Shown here in pieces: positions 24,401 to 36,009 of a DNA stretch of 64,000 bases. Each line of letters starts with the position of its first letter. Position 1 is the first letter of the stretch. The stretch lies in contig CM060731.1 in NCBI GenBank assembly GCA_030704615.1, positions 16,182,001-16,246,000 of the forward strand, in the 5' to 3' direction. The DNA is from Takakia lepidozioides (lineage: Eukaryota > Plantae > Bryophyta). The notes under the pieces were generated by a model. The model searched no databases. It was given only the letters and a program-made list of their open reading frames with translations, and had not been told where the DNA came from. The position numbers were made by a program, and so were the translations under genes.

Positions 24401-25749
24401 CTAACAGTGTGATCTCTTCCCATTTGCACAGTAGATGAGGTGTGATCGAGGCGGGCGTTGTGGTGTGAATAGAAAAATGCTTGAAAAGTGCAAGTTGAGT
24501 GTAGTTTGGGTATAGGAGTGCATTCAGTAGGCGGGAGTGAACCGCATTTGACGGGCAGCCATTGGGAAGCGGTAAGGGCACTTCATCGTTTTCCAGCCTT
24601 TATGAACATTAGGGTATGAGCTGCATTTGTCTTGTGTTAGTCGTTTAAGAGGGGAGATAGTCAAGTAACCTGTGGGCCGCAATGGAAGTATTTTTGCAGG
24701 ATTACGGGTGTGAAACCGCGTCGGAAGGCACGGTCTCGTGGAGCTCCTATCAAAGGTCCGGCAAGACGAAGTGCCCGACTCGTCACCATGACTCGAACAA
24801 CTGCCAAGCCCAAAGTAATTTTGACATAGACGACGACGATCCTTACCTCCACCACAAAAGGGAGGAGCAGTACAGGAAGGGACTGGGGATTCAGCCGACT
24901 CCATGTCGGAGGACGCAGATGCAGGCACAGTGGCGCACGCAGGGAAAAACGTGGTGCAGGCACACCGTCTCCATCTGTGAGTGCATTTTATGGGCATATT
25001 TGTAGTCTCTCACCACTTATTCCGAAGGTGAGCACAACCTCATGAGTGCCGAATAGTATCATGGACTTCATTAGGGGCCATGATCCGGGAGGGATTGTCT
25101 AAATACTTGGCAAATTTAATTGCGTGTCAATATTCTTCTTCTTTCTGTTCTGTCTCTTCCGTGCTTTGTAGGTCTGTCCCTCATTTGCATGTTTGGTTTC
25201 GAAGGGGGTGTGCTGTCATAAGCACATTCTCTGTCTAGATTCAGCTTGTGCATTTCTGTCTGTCATTTTCTGAGTGAGGAGCTGCACATTGCCCATGTGC
25301 ATGTGGCCCCCATATTCCATAGCACTATTTACAACTTTGTAAGCAGTAGGTCTCGTATGTTGAGCACATTCCATCTTTTCTCACAGCTTTTAGGTATGCC
25401 CCTCCCTACTGCATGTTTGGTATGGATTTCAGGCAAAACCCATACATAAAAGGGGTCGGAAAAGTCTTGGGCGCACATCATTGAAGCCAATCCAATTTGG
25501 CCGATTTTCTAGCCAAGATCTGTCTGATTTTTGGGTATCAGACCTGTACAAATCATGCGTACTTTTATACTTTATGACACCTTTATGTCATGATATGGTG
25601 TGGTCCTTGTAGTTGGATTTACTTGGCATTGTTTCATGTATGGAAACCCAGGGCAAGCAAAAACAGAAGCAGAAAAAAATGCCACAGGAGTCGGCCCTCA
25701 GTCCCCCAGGTTTTCCATACTCAGCCACCAGTACCAGGCTCTCAATATC

Positions 25750-26592
25750 GCTCCATGCTCAGGCTCCCAACCAACATCCACCCACTGGCAATGTGGAGGG
25801 TCAGTACGCAACGGCCCCCAACACAATTATGCAGGGCCATTATGGCCCTTGCTCCTCCATATCTCCTCTTATGGAGGTGGCAGGCCACCTGAATATCCTC
25901 CGCCGTATGCACAGGTCCCATATGACCACTATGGATCCTCGAGTGGTTCCCAACCACCATGGCCACCGATGGGTAGCTGGCCGAATCAACCCTTCAACGT
26001 TCCCGCACAGGTGCCAACGGCTCAACCTGCAGGGGATGTGGTTCAATCAAAGGCTGACAGAACCAATGCCTTGAGACAAGCAAATTATGTTGTGAAGGCC
26101 GCGGCATATAAAGTGAAGGAAGAAAGAAGAAAGAGAGGCAGAAGGTCTTCCTGCAACTGTAGTTGTTGTGAACAAGGCAGGAAAACCAGTTGGTCAAACG
26201 AGGATTGTTTGGCATGCGGCCCTCAAAGGTCACGTTCATCGTATCTGTGATCCTTCTATAGCCATCAACTATCAGCCTGATGAGATCATTGAAGAGCTCA
26301 AAGAAATCCTGGCCAAGCTATTTGAATATGTCCCACGTGACTTGGATGATATTGCGTTGCGAAACACAATAGGCACAATTATGAAGTCCCGACGGCATGA
26401 CTTGCACAAGGAATGGCAGAAAGGTGGGGGGAAACCCATGGACGTGTCTGATGAGCATTGGAAGAGCCAAACCTCCTACTGGAGTACAGAACAGTACTCC
26501 AAAGTGCAGACCCACTTGAAGACAGCAAATGCCTGCATTCAAAATCACACCAAAACGGGCCGGGGAGGGAAGGACAGCATGGAGGCACGCTT
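25750..26592 (+). pseudogene. CACTA TnpA/ORF2-like protein (Transposase_24-like), runs into gap
   Basis: Pro-rich N-terminus then KPMDVSDEHWKSQTSYWST...NHTKTGRGG, followed by a GTAAG donor. Confidence 0.65.
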
Positions 26593-26639
26593 AGTAAGAA
26601 CCCTCATGAGCTTTCTCACTGTACTCCTCTCAATACATT

Positions 26640-27139
26640 NNNNNNNNNNNNNNNNNNNNNNNNNNNNNNNNNNNNNNNNNNNNNNNNNNNNNNNNNNNNN
26701 NNNNNNNNNNNNNNNNNNNNNNNNNNNNNNNNNNNNNNNNNNNNNNNNNNNNNNNNNNNNNNNNNNNNNNNNNNNNNNNNNNNNNNNNNNNNNNNNNNNN
26801 NNNNNNNNNNNNNNNNNNNNNNNNNNNNNNNNNNNNNNNNNNNNNNNNNNNNNNNNNNNNNNNNNNNNNNNNNNNNNNNNNNNNNNNNNNNNNNNNNNNN
26901 NNNNNNNNNNNNNNNNNNNNNNNNNNNNNNNNNNNNNNNNNNNNNNNNNNNNNNNNNNNNNNNNNNNNNNNNNNNNNNNNNNNNNNNNNNNNNNNNNNNN
27001 NNNNNNNNNNNNNNNNNNNNNNNNNNNNNNNNNNNNNNNNNNNNNNNNNNNNNNNNNNNNNNNNNNNNNNNNNNNNNNNNNNNNNNNNNNNNNNNNNNNN
27101 NNNNNNNNNNNNNNNNNNNNNNNNNNNNNNNNNNNNNNN
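26640..27139. other. Assembly gap (500 N)
   Basis: Run of N. Confidence 1.
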
Positions 27140-27309
27140 TTCTCTATGCAAGTCATGCAGGTGGGGCTACTTGCATATTTTCTGCAATTTCTAAGTCGAC
27201 CTAGCAACACTGAGGCCTACAGCTCATGTCTGTTGTGTGCTGGAGGACACCATGATTATACTGACAGGATTCCACAAGCTGCTAAACGCCAATTGATGCG
27301 AACATGCTC

Positions 27310-28447
27310 TTACACCTTGCCATCGGTGCTGCCGGCTGGAGCAGCCGGGGTGTTGAACAGGCGCTTTGCGGACAATAAGGCTAGACTTGCAAATAAAATG
27401 GTGGACAAGTACGTCACAAACAGCGAGATTCCCACACGCTTGCAAAACCCGCCGTAATTGCTGCACTGTTCATTCCACCCAATATAGTTAACCCCTCTCT
27501 TGGAAATGTATGCCACCTCCGTGCTTGAAGCTGCAGCCCCCAACAACAGGTATGCTAGTGCCTGCAATCCATGTGTTATGAATGAGCCCGTGCCAAATGT
27601 TAAAAATACTAGTGGCTCCAACAAGTGGGCCCACTGTCCCCGTCGCACAGCCATATTTTTAAAACATCTAGACCAATATCATATGAGTATCATCACGAGA
27701 ATTGCAACAGAGGGGCGCATGACAAGTCCACTATAGAAATGAACGTGCAAGGTATGCTCATCTGGAGCATGCAAGGACTGCATACCTGATCCATCAGTAG
27801 TGACGCCCAGCCTAAGCTTTTCCTTTTCCCTTGCGCTGTGAACATCCCAATTAGCGCCAGTATCGACCACACTGCTGCAAGTGCGTTGGCCCAAACCAGA
27901 TATCTAGCCAGAACGCATGCCTGTCAGCTACCTCCGCAGCAAGTGCGGCACCAATCGATTACACTCCACTAACAACTTCGGTCGCGACGTGACCATGACA
28001 AACTAGATAACAGCTCATCAGTTAATAGCGTTGCGCATGAATTGATGCATGCTTGTCAATTGATACACGACTTCCTCACGAGTTCACAACAACTAAATCT
28101 GCTTGCGTCCTAGTTCTGAGGGGCATGGTGTTGCGTTAAGTGCGTCTATGTGTGTACATGTGTGTGTGTGCGAGAGTGAGAGAGAGTGAGACTCACTTGA
28201 AAGCATCGAAAAGGCTGTAGTAGGCTTTCTTGGAAATGTAAATCGAGCTCTTTAGATAGGGAATATAAACAGGAGTTGCGCTCTGCTGCTGGTCAGTAGC
28301 CATGACCACCGCACCAACAACGCCAAATATGAGACACAGTATGCGTAATAACAGATGCGTCCGCTTTCCTCCTCCTGGTGTCATCCTATTCAGCTCTGAA
28401 TGCGCGATTCCCACATTGCTTGCGCCGGGTGTGCCGCTCGCCATCAT
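27310..28447 (-). CDS. CASP-like (DUF588/MARVEL) four-TM protein; exons 28447-28197, 27903-27786, 27561-27310
   Basis: LLLRILCLIFGVVGAVVMATDQQ...AFKYLVWANALAAVWS...LMDQALAYLLLGAAASS...WNEQCSNYGGFC; canonical three-exon CASPL layout. Confidence 0.92.
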
Positions 28448-30257
28448 ACCTGCACTCTCCACACTCTACCTGCATGCGCTAAAGATCAAAATCGCCTAAC
28501 TTACCCACAAGCCGATTTGAAGCCTCGATGACTGCTGAACGCAAGTGAGACTGAGACTGAGATTGAGACTACAGAATGCACGTGATGACGTAAAGCCCAT
28601 CTCGGGAGGGATGAGTCTCGTGATCCTCTTTTACTTTCATGAGCATTCACCTAAGTATGTACAGAATTATTGTCCCATGCGCATATTATGGTGCTGTACC
28701 TCTCTGCATGCATTAGTATGTTGCGGTTCAAAAAATCTTCTTCTTCAACTAGAGACAAGTCATGTGCATCATTCTCATCATGGGTTTCTCCAGGACAGCT
28801 TGCATGCTCGAGTACAGTCTTTTTCCACTTTACAGCCGTAAGGGTACACTTGCTCCCATTGCAGAGAGCGGTTGCTGCTGCAAACTACCGGAAAGTTATG
28901 TATATTATTTCTGTCCCCGACCAGGCATTGAATGTTTGGCTCTTTTGACATGTTTTCTGGCTTCTGCTATGTACAATCCCGGTGGAAGACTTGGGGCCAA
29001 ACATGAGACTCATCATCATGTCCAGCCTCATGTTTTGGTCCAGCGGAAAAAATTTTAATTACTCGCCTAGAGTTATATGCGACAGGCGAGACCAGCATCC
29101 ATCCAGCCAAGTTGACACGGTGTCGGATGTGGATAAGAGGACGCACTTCCACGCGGAGCACGCGCCATCGAAGCTGGAATGCTGTGACAGTGTCGGAAGG
29201 TGACCGTATCCGACATCCTTTTGAACTACAGACTTGGCCTCGTTTGTCAACCATATCAAAGATCGCGTCGACCCAAAAAAACAGTACGTCATAGAAACAG
29301 TACGCGAGGCGCTGGACCCTCGCTCTTTGCTGCTAATAAGACTACCATAAACGTTAAGAAAATCTTACTCCCCTACTTGTGCACACTAGCAAATGTGTAG
29401 TGTTATTTGTTAGCAAATGTTTACTCCCCTCTTCATTGATTTTCTGTGAATAAATGTTAAATGCACTGTAAAGGCCACTAGATATGCTCAAGCTAGCTTG
29501 AGATAAGCTCCATATTTAAGCTCCAGCTAGGCGAAGATATGATTACATGCTAAATACAACCAATCATAAGATCAGATGCTAATCATGTAATAGTGGCATG
29601 AGTAGACGCTTATACAACACAATAAAATAGATATCTGTTTAACGTTTCTAGACTTGAGATGGAGAGATTTTTCCAAGCCGGAGAAAGAAACCTACTTCCT
29701 TGCTGGAGACCCATTTTTTTTGGGGTAGTGGCTTAACCCCTAAACGACGAGCCGACCCGAATCGGGTCGGCCCGATTTTTCATCCATCCGTAGCATGCAC
29801 GGATGAAGTCCGATGAATGAAAATTGTAGTGCGGAACGAGCTGCACACGCAGGTCTTTATGGCGCCCCCAACAGAGAAAAACTCCGTCGTCAGGAATTTT
29901 TTGAAGTTTGGAATTTGCAGGATTTTGGGTGGAAGGGGGGGGGCCACGGTAGTTGACCGTCGACGTGGCAGGTGGCAGCGGCCACGCGGGGGGGGGCAAG
30001 CAGGGGTGATGAGGCACGGGGTGCATGGGCACCCGCCATGATGGCACCGCCTGGCCCTTTGTGCACCCCCGGCCCGGCCTTGTCTTTTGCGCGCGTTTTG
30101 GTAGCTCGACCTTCTTCTTCACAGCTCCCCACCAGCTCCATCCCGCATGCATTTTGTGGCTTGTGTTTGTGTGCAACAGCATTTTGCGTTGGCACAAGGC
30201 CTTGTTGATTTCTGGTTGCTTAGGTACCAACCCCAAATTGCTGAGGGTTAGAGGCGG

Positions 30258-30560
30258 GTGGCGCGTCTGCACATTCATGAATTCGCAGGCTAGGTGGAGG
30301 CATTCTGCAAGCTCTGTCATTGAAGCTAAGTCCCCTTAGCTTGTTGCTTGTCTGTGTTCTCTGATATGCTTTGCCGCCTCTGTTGAATGTCCTTCAGTGC
30401 GTTCGTTTAGGGCGCCGATGCGCATTCATGAATTCGTAGGCAGGGGGGAGGTAGTGCGCAGGCTCTCTCATTTATGCTAAGTGCCCTTAGCTTGTTGCTT
30501 CTTTGTGTCTTGGGATATGGCTGCTGCCTCTGTTGAATGAGCTGTAGTGCATTCGTTTAG
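30258..30560. repeat. Two diverged tandem ~150-bp copies
   Basis: CATTCATGAATTCG...GCTAAGT.CCCTTAGCTTGTTGCTT...GCCTCTGTTGAATG repeated at ~30271 and ~30423. Confidence 0.8.
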
Positions 30561-30669
30561 GGTGCTGCAGCGCTTTATGCCTTGGCAGCCGTTGGTGTCA
30601 TTTCTGCATTCTGTGTCCCCTCATTTGCATTGCTATAGGTGGGTTTATAGGGTCTGGGCGCAGGATGCT

Positions 30670-31137
30670 ATGGGTCACAAGCGTAAGGTGTATGATACCT
30701 TGGAGCCACGAACACCTCCACTGCAGTATAAGAGGGCTGTTGAGGTAGTCACTCAGTGGGCGTTGATTGAGCAGCACTATACTGAGGGGCAATTGAGGGA
30801 CATTTTGGGTTTGCTGTGTGAGGAGTACTTGCTTTCTTTGCCTCTGCCTCTGCGCGCGCAGCGGTGGCCGAAGCACCCTCGTCCTGTGAATTGTCGCTTT
30901 GCATTTAGAAGGCATGTTAGTTTGATTTTGGGGTGGAAAGAGAGAAGGGAGGAAGGTGACAAAGAGGGCTTTAGTGAGGCTGTGAATGTTGTGCTTAGAG
31001 AGGATGTCTGGCCAGATGAGGACAGTCCAACAAATGAGGGATGCAGCGCGCCAGAAGCGGGAAAGGCCTGCAGGCAAGGAGAATTCGCCTCCTCATCGAC
31101 CACATGTGAGGAGAAGAACTGTGATAAGAAGGAGTGA
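30670..31137 (+). CDS. Hypothetical accessory ORF in the piggyBac-like element
   Basis: Open ATG-initiated 155-codon frame MGHKRKVYD...RFAFRRHVSLILGW...VLREDVWPD; no confident family. Confidence 0.45.
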   Translation: MGHKRKVYDTLEPRTPPLQYKRAVEVVTQWALIEQHYTEGQLRDILGLLCEEYLLSLPLPLRAQRWPKHPRPVNCRFAFRRHVSLILGWKERREEGDKEGFSEAVNVVLREDVWPDEDSPTNEGCSAPEAGKACRQGEFASSSTTCEEKNCDKKE

Positions 31138-32189
31138 TGCGGGGTGCACAGTGGGCGGTAGTGCACAAATGCAATTCACCGCAGGTGACTGTGCGCCCCC
31201 CGCTAACCCCTACAAGTCTCCTCTGCGTGCGTTGTCTTTCAATTTGCAGGGCTCTTCCCATGCGGGGCCCAATTGGGGGGGGGTGCTATTCCGTGAGCCT
31301 GGAGGCGTGAGCCTGGAGGCGTGAGCCTGTGAGCCCAGGAAAGCGTGAGCCCAGCACAGGCTCACGCCACGTCAGCATGCAAACAATGCCTATTTCCGCC
31401 GCGATGTCACCTATTTCCGAGTGGTGTCACCTATTTCCGCGGGTTGATGTGGGGAGAATTGAGAATGCCTGAACAGTCTTTGATGAGGTGGACTTCACCG
31501 TGATGGATTCACCAACCATTCTTCTAGCAGGAATGGTTTGGGGACGTACTAGCAAATGATGCGAGAATGATGTAAACGAACCAAAGTGGTTTGTTTGTTT
31601 TTGCAATGTACTCAAGTCTGTGAGGTCCACAAAACAACAAATATATTGAAGGAACAATCCAGGCAGTCCATGCAACCCCCATCTCCAACAATAGTTTGGA
31701 ACCATGAATGTGAATTCCACGCACACATTGCAAACAGGACAATAAGGACACACAACCATCCCATTTCAAATTTGTCCCAGAATTAAACCATAAGAAGACT
31801 TCATATCAAGTGTCGCAGTCATCACAATCAGTGTCCACCTCCTGTGCTATGTCATCTACAAAGATTCTGGCCCCAACACCACGTGTTCTACGAAGGCCAT
31901 CGCAAGGTGGACTCTGAGTGCCATGAACGGACATGCTTGCTGCGAGTGCCTCCGCACAGACAGGTAGCACACAAGACCGAGGAGGACTGAAAACAAGTCC
32001 AAATAGGTGTGATAGCCCAGGAGGGCAAGTGGAAGCACGCGGACTCCTACACATGTCCACAAAATCCCATTTTTAACACAATGATGCAATGCACAAGTCC
32101 AACGAAGAGGATGTCTCCCATGTGCACTTTGCCTCAAGAACAGCGATTCTCGATATTGAAACAACAATGCAAGCATGCACAGGTTGAAC

Positions 32190-35100
32190 TTACTCACAGG
32201 CAAAGTCGGAGTCCAGCTCCTTGTCAGAAGTCTCCTCTGTATCAGTATCAGCGGGACGGGGCTTCGGAAGGACTTGAGAAGTGTGTCCACCCAAACCCAT
32301 CAGGAGGTTCTTGTAAATCTCAGCATCCCCTTCAATCCAAAGAGATGTCGCGCACTGGCCTTGCAAGCGTGGTACGAAGCACCTGCAGTGGAATAGAATG
32401 AAGTAAGCAGACATTGAAGACACATTCGGAACGGTGGAAAGTGCTGAAAGTGCAAGCTCAATCAAACCTCATGAAATGTGAATGTTGAAGAGACGAACCT
32501 GTGCCCATCGACAAATCCAGAACTCTGGCGTCTGTGTAGGTGCAGCACTCCACAATCATTTGAATGAAAGCCGGGCTCCTCTCCCTCGCCCCTCTCCAAG
32601 GAACCCCATTCCCCCTTCGCAAGCACACGTTGCTGTCGACGTAGTTGTGATGCATGTCATCCGTGGGAGGATCTGTCCTGTCATCTATGAACTTGCCCCC
32701 GTGAGTGATGGCAAACTCCGTAATGCCGGCCGGAGTCGTTGGTGGATGCACCCGGACGAGACAAACAGCTTCAAACAGACAAGTCTGCGAACATGACATC
32801 CACAAGGAACTAAGAACCAAAAAAAAATCGGGCCCCTACATATGAGTTCGAGCGACCTATACAACACAATCCCAGAACAAAAAAGAAGAGGAAGAAGAGG
32901 GAAACTCACCATCTCTCCCGGACGATCCCCCTTCGTAAGGTACATGCTGTTCACACAATTCCATGTCTTCACGACTCTCATGCCCGAGGCTTTCAAATAG
33001 CTGGCAAGGGCACGGCGACACCGAACATCGATGGACTGGATGAGCACCAAAACACCTGCATCGGAAAGGAAGAAGTTGCAAAAGGAAAAAACCCACCGCC
33101 AGTAGCGCTCATCAAATGCATTCCAACCCGGACAAGCACCCGATGGAGGGATATCCGGGACTGCCAACCCATCAGGGATGTCCAAGATGATGAGTTCGGC
33201 TGCATATGGCTTCTCCTTCCCGTTCACCACGATTTGGTCATTTTAGCCTGCAAACAAAAATAAAATGGAATTCTGACAAGTTTATAAATGATCCATGCCC
33301 ACAGCAGACAAAGAGAGCAGAAGCCACAGAACCCAAAGAGAACACGCACCGTGCTCAACAATCCTCTCCCACACTGGTGATGGCTCGCCCTTGTAATCAG
33401 ATTTCTTTGACTCCATCATGGCAAGGAACCCGACGTTGGCAATCTCCAACCTGGTTGGGCGAATGACCCTCGTGGGATGTTCCACTGCATGGTACGGGTC
33501 CTTGGGATCAACCACCCCCTTGTTTTTTCTCCCGGATCCCCTACCATGCGGTGGAGTCTGCTGGACATGCTCCACAGGGCCAATAGCTGCAACACTTCCC
33601 TGCCCTTGTGCCACCTTCCCTCTACCCCTTCCCTTCCCCACAACACCAGCAACATCTTTTCCCTTTGCCTTTCTTCCTCTACCCGGGGTATCCTGAGCGG
33701 GAGGCTCCTTCTCTGCAAGAGTCCTCAGATTACGCTCATGAATGTCGAGGTCCGCTGCTGCGGCAGTGGCTGCAATACGGTCATTCTCTCTCCTCAAAGA
33801 CACCTCTACAGCTGGGGTCTCTGAAGGAGGGCAATCCAAATACCAACCACAAGAAGAAAGATGGTCTGGGCCCCAGTCATGCAAGATCCCAGCAGTGAAC
33901 ATGGTCTGGTTGCCAGCAGGGACAAGCCAAAGGTCCACGAAATCTGGATGTTTGTCCAAGCAATTCTCTTCCAGGAGAACAAACTTAATGTACCTGCAGG
34001 AACAGACATAGCCTCATTTTCCAATGCACATATTGTGTCCCAGCTTTTTCACCACACCAGGAAGACCCCCTTAAACAGTATGCCACACTACACATTGCAA
34101 CCACAACAGAAGTAAAGAGTGCAAGGGTGTGCACCTGTAAAGGCATCGTTTCCAGGCTTCCTCTCCTTTTTCCTGCTGGTCAAGCTCATTTGTTCGACTG
34201 ATGCCACCCTCCTTGCTGAACTCTCTAAAGAAACAAGAGTGCCACACTGTGGCTCTCCATTTCCTCATGTATGCTTCGAAGGAGACCTTCGGAGCTGTCA
34301 TAGTGATGCCATAGTCAGCCAGCTGAGTATGTAGAACCGATCGGGCCCTTTCTTCCAACTGCAAAACAATTGAAATGGAAGAATGAACCCAAAAACAATC
34401 ACAGCGAATGTAAGAGGCAATGGGAAGAAGGACAGGAAAAGAGAAAAGAAAGTGAGATACAGAGGACATCACACCTGGCTCCAGTAAGTGGCCTTGTGAA
34501 GCCAGGTGTCCAGCACATTGTCACTGACAGGAACGACACGGGGTCTTCTTTTCTTTCTCTCTGGCCTTGGGAACATGTGGGTATCCCTAACTGTGGGATC
34601 GGAGTTCCATATCTGTAGCCACTTCACCTTCTGTTCAGAAGACACGACGGCGGTAGACAACCTGTGCAACTTCTCCTGGGCCATCTCTGGCTTGCCTGGC
34701 TTGTTATAATGGTTTTTTATCTCTAGGAGAAACTGCGGCCCGAATGATGGGTCGGCAATTCTCAACTGCTTCACAAAAGCACTCATTATTGTCCTTCTTG
34801 TAGCGTTCATCTCCTTCTGGATGTGACTTTCAACCCCCTTTGCTGTCCTTCTCTCCTCAGGGGTAGAGCTATAGTATTCCAGTTTGCCACGCTCCCCTGC
34901 ATCTGCAATGTCTTGCTGCAAGGGAATGCAAGAGAGTTGCATCAATCCAAGGTCAAGGGAGACAGACAGAAACAAACATGTGGAAGCAGGAATATGGAAA
35001 GGCCAGATGAAGGAAGATGTATCTCACCGTGTACATGTACTCCATGAAAGCCTCACGGGTCAACGAGTACCACGTTTCCGACGTCTTGGAGCTTTCGCAT

Positions 35101-35910
35101 TTCTTATACATCTTTGCCGAAAGGATGGTCTTGAAGTTGGTCAAGGGCATCTGCCCGATCCTTTGTATCCTGTACAGCGTGTGAACCAGACTCGTTTTGA
35201 CATGCGATGTCTCCGTCCCTCTGCAGAATGATATCTGAATTTCAGAATGTAATTCAAGGACTTGAATCAAGGAAGAACGGAACCAGAAGTGCAACATGTA
35301 CAATGAGAAACCAACCTGTTCACATCATTCATTGCCGTCAGAAGACCCATCATGTTGTCGTCACAATCAAGCACCATCGATCGAACAGAGTAATGCCACT
35401 CTTCCTCCTGTGAGTGCAGCCTCCCAATGACAGCCATCCATGCAAGCAACCGGTGGTTGCCATCCAAACGTGAAACATCTTCCCTGAGAATACCTGGGTG
35501 GAAGGTTTCATGGAGAGAAGAAGTTCAAAGGATTCGTTCACCTGTCTCCAAATGGGGTCCCAGGAGTCGACGATTGACTCATCCACAAGGAGCTCGTTAC
35601 CTCTAGAATCCCTAGTAGAAACGTAAAAGACTGCGGATCCATCCAAATACCCATGAACAAACTCGGCCTCCAGCTTGAGAATGTCTTTGACAAGGGGTGG
35701 ACGAACGACGGGCATGGAAACCAACCTACACAGGGGAATCTTCAACCTCCCACCAGGAGCAAGCATACTTTGCACCACAAGCTGAGAGTTCACCTTTTGA
35801 CCCCCCAGCATCTCAGCGGCTTTGCTTTCATAAAACTCCTCGTCAACATCAACTATGGTCTCCTTCCCCTGACCCGAAGGGACCTCATCCGCCACACTTT
35901 GCATTTTCTC
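32190..35910 (-). pseudogene. Spliced gene: ParB/Srx-like N-terminal domain + beta-class DNA N4/N6 amino-methyltransferase-like C-terminal domain
   Basis: Exons approx. 35910-35316, 35220-35028, 34915-34475, 34358-34135, 33993-33350, 33247-32910, 32784-32499, 32382-32190. ParB motif FHVWDGNHRLLAW. MTase motifs ELIILDIPDG, FLSDAGVLVL, RERSPAFIQMIVECCT...RVLDLSMGTGASYHACKASARHLFGIEGDAEIY. 1-bp frameshifts near 35465 and 32337, in-frame TAA near 33244. Confidence 0.78.
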
Positions 35911-36009
35911 CTGCAAGGTTGTTCACTCAAATTCTTATAAGAGAGGCATGAAACGTCGACTGATGCATGAAAAGTGGGATCAAACAGGTAAGTGTTCTTT
36001 GAGCTGCCA

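Larger units (their letters stand above)
17610..26639 (-). mobile_element. CACTA (En/Spm) DNA transposon; other end not visible (probably in the N gap)
   Basis: Starts CACTACTATAG followed by many ATGACTAC/GTAGTCAT subterminal repeats (17630-17970); TnpD and TnpA-like ORFs. Confidence 0.88.

Noticed and set aside
26168-27457. Long ORFs spanning the N run
   Set aside because: Artefacts of translating the assembly gap
29395-29405. GTGTAGTG as the far CACTA terminus, which would enclose the CASP-like gene
   Set aside because: Only 6 bp match the left TIR, there are no subterminal repeats, and the following bases are TTA rather than the expected TSD CAG
32190-35910. Bacterial contamination as the source of the ParB-MTase gene
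   Set aside because: The gene has multiple GT-AG introns and is contiguous with eukaryotic TEs and plant genes
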